Shown: positions 55,186 through 64,000 of the stretch, piece after piece | Position numbering within the stretch: the stretch's first letter is position 1 | Layout: every line of letters begins with the position of its first letter | Origin: Octopus vulgaris | Taxonomy: Eukaryota | Direction of reading: 5' to 3' | Length of the DNA stretch: 64,000 nucleotides | Assembly: GCA_951406725.2 (NCBI GenBank) | Contig: OX597830.1 | Span: 14,260,001 to 14,324,000 of the forward strand | Notes under the pieces: model-generated | What the model was told of the DNA's origin: nothing | Database searches by the model: none | The model's input: only the letters and a program-made list of their open reading frames with translations | Made by a program: the position numbers and the translations under genes

Positions 55186-57339
55186 TAGTAATCATCCTCA
55201 TCAACAGCGGCCATGGTGCACTGAATGGATGTGCAGAGTCATTTACGATTTAGAAGGCGATAAGATTTTGAGGTTATTAAAAGTGTTTGCATTGTATCTG
55301 AATTGGTTGTGTGCGTGAGAAGAAAATGAAATAGGTGTGTATGTGTTTGTGTGTGTGTGTATGTTGTGTGTATGTGTACGCGTGTGTGTATGTATGTGTG
55401 CGTGTGTGCGTGTGTGTGTGTGCGTGTGTATGTGTGTGTGTGTGTATGCATTTTTTGATACAAGCATGGAATTTGGAATTTACTTACAAGTTCTGATTAA
55501 CAAACATACTGATCACGTGTTTCGAAATGAAAGTTTAAGGGATAATTCTCAGATTTTTGCATAAATAACATTTTTTTTTCACCATCCCCACCATCTCTCT
55601 GCAGTTCCAAAACAACTGTATTCATCTGTGTAATTATACAGACTTTAAGAAACAAAGCTATCAAAACTAATTCATAACATCTATTATTTATTTTCTCCTA
55701 GAAATAATTATTTCTAAGAAAATATAAACAAACCAATTTGAATAATTCTGAAATTTCCGGATTGAAAAGAAACATTTCGAAATATTTGAAATATTTGAGG
55801 AGCGAAAGTGAAACTGCCATTTTTACATCTGCAGCCCCTTAACACTACGATAAATTGCCAACCAGTTTTACATATCATGTTTATGATTTATTCTAAGCTA
55901 AGTGAAGTCTCCTTAAAAGCCCAGTAATTTTCTAGAAATTCTGCGAGTAAGGAATAAACGAAATTAGGTCTTCCTGAAAACTTAATTTGAAGCTGCAAAG
56001 GAGGTCTTGAAATAGTGGTAACGGAATGTAATAAAATGACTTAGCTCTTGCAGAGTCTTCAGAAAGCGATACAATTCGAAATAGTGGCAGAAGAATGTGA
56101 TAAACCAAATTAGGTCTTCTTAAAAATCCAGGCATTTCTACGAATATCCCAAAACGGTAGTAGCTGTATAAACCATTTTAGGTCCCTTTAGAACCGATAA
56201 CACTAATCTCGTGCTATAATCTGATCAATGGCCGAAACTAACGCTTCCTCTAGATTGCTATATAGTGTCTTATTTAATTTTCGTGAGATGATGTGGACCA
56301 AAATATCTAATCAGTAATGAAATATAGCAATCTTCTGAGGTGTATACTTCTCACTGCTATCATCCAGTCTCTCTTCTTTGATGTCTCCCGCTCTCTCTCT
56401 CTCTCTCTCCAAACACGTTCGTTCTCAATATCTATGCTTCTGCCATTTTCTTCCTTTCCTTTGCCTGCGCATTTTCTCTCGGGCAACGAGAGGGAACTTC
56501 GTTGTTGTCTGTCGACTTTCTAGAAATGAGTGTCAGGCCGCCTTCAAATCCCATCCAAACGTCTTTAAAGAAAGGAAGGACGTATTTTGCAATGCTGTGG
56601 TTGTTAAACAACAAACAGACGGCCGCAGGTGAAACGTCTTTAAGCTTTGTCCTGATTTGTTAGACTTCACTTGTAAGCAATATCAGAACAACAACCAAAA
56701 CAACAACAACAACAACATATATTCCTCTTTATACCTATATTTATCTCAGTTGTTCGCTGCTTTCGTCGCAAACATACTTTTTCTCTTTCATTCTAGTTTT
56801 TTTTTCCTTTTTTTTTTTGCTGGATTGAGGGAGAAGGACTTACTCAATCTGACTATTTTTATGTCATTCTTCCTGTCACTTGCTCTCTTTCTGCATCTCT
56901 CTGTCTCTTGTCTGTCTTTCTCTTTCCATCTCTCCCTCTCTCCCTTTCCATCAATGTCGTAACCACATGCTCTCTCATTTTACTCTTCTTTGTCTTTCAT
57001 ATTTCTTTCTCAGAGCTTTGCATATTTGTATCTGAACGGTTCCCCCTTTGCCTCCTGCTGACTTACTATCTCCGTCTTAGACATACACAAACAGCCACAC
57101 ACACACACACACACACATACACACACACACCACACCACACACACAACTATAAATCAAGACCAGCAACTGTCGAGTAGTTACCAACAGAATATATAAGTGT
57201 ACGGTCGATCCTCTGTGGTTGCCTGAGCTTCAAAAATAAGAGCTAAGTCGATGTAAATCTTGGTCGAGCGACTTTACTCTGCATATTTTAGCTTTGTTAT
57301 TATGGCAACCGTCAGGATACTTATTTATCAGACCTCATA

Positions 57340-57381
<42 letters not shown>

Positions 57382-57391
57382 CATACATACA

Positions 57392-57431
<40 letters not shown>

Positions 57432-58020
57432 CATACATAAATACATGTATACATACATTTATATATACACACATGTATGTATTTATATATATATACATGC
57501 ATACATACATACATACATACATACATACATACATACATACATACATACATACATACATACATACATACATACATACATACATACATAAATACATATATAC
57601 ATACAAACCTAAACTGGATAGAAATATCTACAATATACAGATTAAAATATGTTTTACTTAGTTTTACTTTTAAATTAAATATTCTTAAAATAGTAAAACT
57701 ATATGCTCTAGGCTTTCATCTATGGGATGTATAATTTTATTAAGTCAGCTCTTTGTAAATATATAATAAATAAACAAATAACTGCTAAGCAGAAAATAAT
57801 TATTCTTAGAGAAAAATTTAACTGAAACTCTATATGTGTGTATCCTGCTTTCGTTTATGCCATGAAAGTACACAATAAATATAACATTACTGAAAAATAA
57901 TCACAATGATACTTTTGTATTGTACTTTCTGACTAGGGTTTGTCCATATATACAGCATTGTATTACAAAAAGTGTTAAAAACAAATGTGCTGTGAAAAAA
58001 ATGTACGTGTAGAAGACAGG

Positions 58021-58123
<103 letters not shown>

Positions 58124-58779
58124 GTTCAAATTTACAGAAAGCAAAAGACGAAGACAGGCGAAGGAACAAACCAGTGTACTAGTTTAACGCTCCAGAAGAA
58201 TGCGAATTATCAATCTTTTGTCTCCGTCTAGTTTTTTGTCAGTCGTAAGTCTTTCTTGGTTTTGTTTGTATTAATCTTGACGGTTTGCACTTAAACGATA
58301 CCACCTTTTACCGACATAGTAATATTTGCGGAAAAGGTTTTGCTGATGAAATAGCTTTAGACATGTCTATTTTTGTTGTTTCCGATAATTCCCGTACACG
58401 TTCTGCAACATTATTTTGATTTTCCATACCTTGCCTACACTCTCATATTTTCCATCATGGCTGATTTCTTTTCTCTCATTGTCACACATATTTCTTTCGG
58501 TCTATATTTTGCTTCTTCTCTCAATCGCTATCTTCCTGAAGCATTATCTTGCACTCTCTTTATCAATCTCCTTGTCCCCCATGCAACAAGGGGGTTTTCT
58601 TGCTCCTTTCTTTATCTCCTTGTCGCCTTTTTCACTTTAATACTGTTGCTGCTGATATCCTGTACTTCTTTCTATCGAACGTTTGCATCGTAAGCGTCAT
58701 ACTGACCACATCTTGTCAGTGTTTCTTTTTGTTCATATTGTATATCCAGATGCTGGTCTTTGTATTTTCCGTCTATGCT

Positions 58780-59160
58780 AGATTTTCCCGTTCGTCTCTG
58801 TCTTAACTCGAAGGATAGACTTGATTTGTATCTTGTGTATCTGCCTATTCTTGTTTTTAGCAGCAGTCTTTTACCCATATCTTGCTTCTTTTCAGTTGTA
58901 AACCTTCTCTTTCCTTAGCTTGGTATCGTACACGTTCTCTACTACTGTCCTTTGGGAAAAACATCATCTGTTCTACCTGCAAAATCAAGGCTGAGCTGGC
59001 GACCATAATCAAGGAGTTGTTCGAAGATCTTCCCAGGGCCAATATGAGAAACACATGCACCAGGTCCGGGAGATGACTTGAGTCGAGATGAAATTTGAGG
59101 GTGGCGACTGTCATCTCCCAGCCATAATCTAGTTGATATCTTTTGATGTTTTAGAATATT
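58780..59160 (-). pseudogene. Possible PLE ORF N-terminal remnant
   Basis: ...QLSLDFAGRTDDVFPKG and LLLKTRI resemble the PLE N-terminal H..FL..C....+.PKG and ..L+..RI motifs. Confidence 0.4.
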
Positions 59161-59212
59161 TTTTGGATGCGTATTGTTTTTTTGCCTTTTATGTATACTG
59201 TCAAATTTGCAC

Positions 59213-59284
<72 letters not shown>

Positions 59285-59496
59285 CAGGTATTTATGTATA
59301 AATATGTGTATCTATGTGTCTGTGTGCGCATGTATGTACAAGTATTTGTTTTCAATTGTGTCCGGAAGATAGAGAAATACTAGTATTATCTGGAGCCCCT
59401 CCTAGATCAGAGAACCTCATACAGATAATCTTCTACTTAAGCTTTTGGAGACCAACACCTGCAAGAAAGACATGACCTGGGAGAAGTTTACAGGGG

Positions 59497-59560
59497 GACG
59501 AAGTTGAGAGGAGAAAGAACTGGGTATACTTACCCAGTTCTTTCTCCTCTCAACTTCGTC
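59497..59560. repeat. Perfect 30-bp-arm hairpin with a 4-nt loop
   Basis: GACGAAGTTGAGAGGAGAAAGAACTGGGTA-TACT-TACCCAGTTCTTTCTCCTCTCAACTTCGTC. Confidence 0.95.
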
Positions 59561-59823
59561 ATTTAAGGCGGGGCCGAGAGAATCATTGACCTTTGATCTC
59601 CGGGAAAAGCTCTTTGCATTCATATTTTACATTATTTTCAGTCGTCCGTTTGTCCTGTTTTTATCGTTTTCTGTATTAATTTATTTTTGTATGTAAAAAC
59701 GTAAAATTGTGTTAATTAGTTGTTTCTCATTCTAAGATTTGTCTGATTATAAGAGGGTGAACAAGATTTTCCTTGTAAATACTGACCCCACCCCCACGCA
59801 CACACACTCATCTATGTATAAGC

Positions 59824-60555
59824 GAGGGATGCCAAAAATTGTACGCACTCTTGTTTCTGCAACTTAGAGCAAAGGAAAAGATGGGGTTGAACAATTAGAT
59901 CACTATACGGCATAATTTCCTTGCTTTCTGATGCACTTCTGTTAGCGCCCACAAGCTTCTCTATTCCTTTGAAGAAGGTTTTCAGCTGATCACGCAGCCT
60001 TTATGCATCAATTCCTGCACTTTTAGTCCGAGCGAAATCAGCGACTTTGTAAAGGATGTTTGAACGGACCAAATAGGTGATTGTTGGACGGGGTGAGATC
60101 TGAATTGTATGCAGAGTATTTCAGCAACTCAAAACACAATTTTTTAATGGTTTCAACGGTGGAGTCGGCAGTATGTGGGCGTGCGTTGTCGTGCAAAAGT
60201 AATACTTGCTTTGACAATTGACCTCGGCATTTAATTCGAATTCCTGGTGACTGTAGACCCCTTTTCTTGGTAACGTTCCAGTATAGACTCTTTTGCGTCC
60301 CAAAATACGGTTAACATCACTTTTCCTGCGGAAGTTTTAGTTTTGAATTTCTTTATTGTTGGCAATTCCAGGAGTTTCCATTCCATATTCTGCCTTTTGG
60401 AATCTGGTTCAAAGTGTTGCACCCATGTCTTATCTCCTGTGAATGCTCTCTTTAGAGTAGCTTCGTCGAGTACGCGTTGCCAGAAATTCACATGCTTACG
60501 ATTCTACGTTTTGGCAAGCCCGTTTGGCACCCATCTCGCGTAAACTATACAAAAG
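59824..60555 (-). mobile_element. Decayed mariner fragment (irritans-like)
   Basis: TGDKTWVQHFEPDSKRQNMEWK...SAGKVMLTVFWD; CGAGGG-type terminus near 59824. Confidence 0.82.
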
Positions 60556-60559
60556 CTAA

Positions 60560-60622
<63 letters not shown>

Positions 60623-60626
<4 letters not shown>

Positions 60627-61005
60627 CTTGTTTCAGTCATTTTGACTGCGGTCATGCTGGAGCTCCGCCTTTGATCGTGCAACTCGACCCCGGGACTTAT
60701 TCTTTGTAAGCCCAGTACTTATTCTATCGGTCTCTTTTGCCGAACCGCTAAGTGACGGGGACATAAACACACCAGCATCGGTTGTCAAGCAATGCTAGGG
60801 GGACAAATACAGACACACATACATACACGCACATACATATATATACATATATACGACGGGCTTCTTTCAGTTTCCGTCTACCAAATCCACTCACAAGGCA
60901 TTGGTCGGCCAGAGGCTATAGTAGAAGACACTTGCCCAAGGTGCCACGCAGTGGGACTGAACCCAGAACCATGTGGCTGGTAAGCAAGCTACTTACCACA
61001 CAGCC

Positions 61006-61006
<1 letters not shown>
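60623..61006 (-). mobile_element. tRNA-derived SINE of the 17909 family, inserted in (TA)n
   Basis: Reverse-complement homology to 17920-18305. Confidence 0.9.
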
Positions 61007-61046
<40 letters not shown>

Positions 61047-61451
61047 ACGGAGGTGGAAACAGCACAGAAGTAAATCTAAGACTTTTCAATTTAGAAAGAG
61101 TATTATAAAATGATTTAAAAAGTATATAAAGCAAGTACAAAACATTCGATGATGAATTTCATCTTATCAAATATTAATAAAATAAAAAAGTTTGTCGTCT
61201 GTTTCGTTGGTCAAAACATGTTTGGAGTTTTTCGTTTTCGCTGAGTTTTTCGTTGGAGTTTTTAGTTATGTCCAGCTGTGTGAGTGTGTATGTGAGTGTA
61301 TGTGTGCATGCGTGTGCGCGCGTGCACTATGTTGAATGTCCTTTCAATATATTTGGAATGTGACCAGCTGTGTGTTGATAGGTGTGTATCTTGTGGTGAA
61401 CGTCTTGTTAAAAGAATTAAGATTGTCCTTCTTTTTCGTGCGTGTGTGTAT

Positions 61452-61519
<68 letters not shown>

Positions 61520-62109
61520 GTATGTATATATATATGTTTCTGTGTGTACACCCTCCTGCCCACATATACTGAGAAGATGCTCTTGATGGTCAGCTAATAC
61601 CGATTCGTAAGGAAGAATGAATCGCCATTTTTGTTGCCTTTATTGCGCGTAAAACCGGGCAGAACATCTTTGGGGTTTAATTGTGATGTCGGTGGTTTAT
61701 TGCAAGTGGAGATGCCTTTCTCGCCTCTAATAGACTTTGCCATAGCTTCAAGTTGATTTTGAACTTGTCTTGTGTGATCTGATTGTACATTGGTTCGCAT
61801 CAAAGTACCTCATAGCTACTCTGTTACCACGTTCCAATGACAGTCTTCATTATTTCTCACTTTGCTCAGTGACTGGGTTGTTATACACAGACGATAAGCC
61901 TATCAGAAAATATATATTTCCAATTACCTATCGTTAATTACGCTTAATTATTTTACTGATAATTTAAATGATAATATAAATTATTTTTATTATATATAAA
62001 TTTTAGATAAAATGAAGCAAAATCTACTATTATTGGATTATAATAGAGCAACACTTATAAATACGTATGTCTGTGCAAGCGCTCAAGTTTCTGTATGTAT
62101 GAATATCTA

Positions 62110-62157
<48 letters not shown>

Positions 62158-62634
62158 CACATATATAAACGTATATACATATATATGCGATGATATAGTT
62201 TTTCTATATCTCGTGCAATTATTTATACGTATAAATAAATAAATGTATGTACTCACTCACGCGCGCGCACGCACGCACGCATACACACACACACACACAC
62301 ACGCTGTAAGTAAGATTATATATTTCCCATTTGTACATTCGCAGCAAGCAAATGATATAAGCATCGATTGTATATTGAACTTAAGACAACTTGTTCGTAG
62401 CAGAGACGTGTTTGCTAAGTAAAACTTCCCGTACTCCATTCTGTTCCCCTTTAGCTGTCATTTCTTAATTGTACCACGCATCTGCGACTTCTTCACCGAG
62501 ACTGAGGTGAAGAATATTTTGATCAGAAACGAATCCTATTTAATTTAACTCTTTAATTTCTTTCAGCTTTGCAAGAATACAAGTTTGAGATATCCAAAAA
62601 TTCCTTTTACATTTTATAGTATGTATTACTATTG

Positions 62635-62826
62635 CTTCTAAATCTTGGCACAAGGTCAGCAATTTCGGGGTGGGGTAAGTTGATTATATCTACCCCGAAT
62701 GCTAAATTAGTATTTATTTTATCGATGCTCGAAGGATGAAAGGTAAAGTCGACCGTTGCTGCATCTGAACTCAGAACGTAAAGAGGGACAAAATACCGCT
62801 ATGCATTCTGACAGCTCACCGCCTTT
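62635..62826 (-). mobile_element. Diverged MetaSINE-like SINE (alternative tail)
   Basis: ttggcacaaggtcagcaattt...gaaggatgaaaggtaaagtcgacc...cagctcaccgcct. Confidence 0.78.
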
Positions 62827-63310
62827 AACTTTTGCCATATATAAAACAAAATGGAAAACAGCGATGTGTATTTTTTAATGTCTGACATGAACCTTTACAA
62901 TTATTTGTTTCCTGTATACATACATATATACATACATATATATATAATCCAGAAATGTTGCAAGAAAAGATTCCTGAGGCTTTTGCTTCCTCACTTCTTC
63001 TTCCATGAAACCTTTCTCTTTGTTATTCATCGAATATTTCCAATAAACAGGGTGAAGTTTTTACATACATATATTATTTTGAATACACAAATGCGCAGAT
63101 GCATCTACTCGCTGGGAAATGAGTTTTTTTGCTTAAGGTATCTTTAGTCCGACGAGTAGCTAGTTGCTTACCCCACGTTTGGATAATTACTACTCTCGAG
63201 GTACTGCAAGCTATGAAGCATATCCTGTTTGAATTTTAGCTGCTCCATTCTATAATTTTGGATATATATATATACTTTTTTTTATTAAAACTGTTAAAGC
63301 GTCAGAAAAA

Positions 63311-63350
63311 ATTGTAACTCTGAGTTTCACGTTTCCGTTCGTCGGACAGT
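63311..63350 (-). ncRNA. Very compact hammerhead-like motif, U4C core variant
   Basis: Minus strand: ACTGT-CCGACGA-ACG-GAAA-CGT-GAAA-CTCAGAG-TT-ACAAT; GUU triplet. An inverted partial copy lies at 63368-63386. Confidence 0.62.
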
Positions 63351-63469
63351 TGTTGCGATCAGTCTTAAAACGTGAAACTCAGAGTTTTGTGATGTTGTGC
63401 ATACTACTGTCCCTTTAGTTTTTGAGTATTATTTTTTTCCACCTTGTTTTGCATTTATGTGCTTACTCG

Positions 63470-63503
<34 letters not shown>

Positions 63504-64000
63504 CATATATACATGTGTGTGTGTGTACTTTGATGTATGTATGTTAACACAGATGATGTTAAAATAGTTTTCGTCATTTTCTTCTGTATTAATGGTATAT
63601 AATACTACACATTGAATATTTTCGATATACAGCTATACATGAATACTTAGAGATCTACAAACGAGGACAGACATTCCCATTGACAAATCACTGCTAAGGC
63701 TATGGAGTTACTTTTGTCACTAATGTAGGCAGCTGAGACCTATGTCTCCTTGAAGTAGTGCTTAGCATAGCTATATGGTTTACAATATCATGGCCGATCT
63801 TGCAGTTTCCTTGTGTTCATGTCTCTTCCAATTGTGTGTGTGTGTGTGTGTATTTAAACCGGCTCCATTACTTATGTTTTAATTCTAACAATTATTCTAT
63901 CGGTCATTTATCCCTCGAACTGGTAGCTTACTGGTCATAAAGAAACTAAAACAAGTGATCTGTGCCGAGTACAATTCCCATATTGACAGATACATCCATA

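Noticed and set aside
61594-61803. 69-aa minus-strand ORF as a host exon
   Set aside because: No recognisable motif or convincing splice context; cannot be supported without a search.

Overview
Eukaryotic, AT-rich, microsatellite-dense DNA with no recognisable host protein-coding exon. It looks like a large intron or intergenic region. The repeat families most resemble those of coleoid cephalopods (Octopus), which is an inference from recalled repeat consensus sequences. Most ORFs in the track are artefacts of (TA)n, (TATC)n, (ATT)n, (CAT)n and (GGT)n repeats. The real content is a layered transposon landscape: three mariner elements; a nearly intact R4/Dong-clade LINE (one ~1270-codon frame with a single in-frame TAG) sitting in a cluster of (TAA)n-associated Dong pieces; L1/Tx1, CRE and RTE-like LINE remnants; Penelope-like (PLE) remnants; non-autonomous Helitrons; Merlin-like and hAT-like MITEs; and many tRNA-derived SINEs. 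The most interesting signals are (i) three minimal hammerhead-ribozyme motifs with three different catalytic cores (canonical CUGAUGA, compensatory G3-C8 GUGAACA, and U4C CCGACGA), two of them beside inverted repeats typical of PLE ends; (ii) SINEs built from interchangeable heads and tails; and (iii) SINE and non-autonomous 3' ends that can be linked to LINE partners in the same window. All calls come from reading the sequence by eye, and boundaries of decayed elements are approximate.
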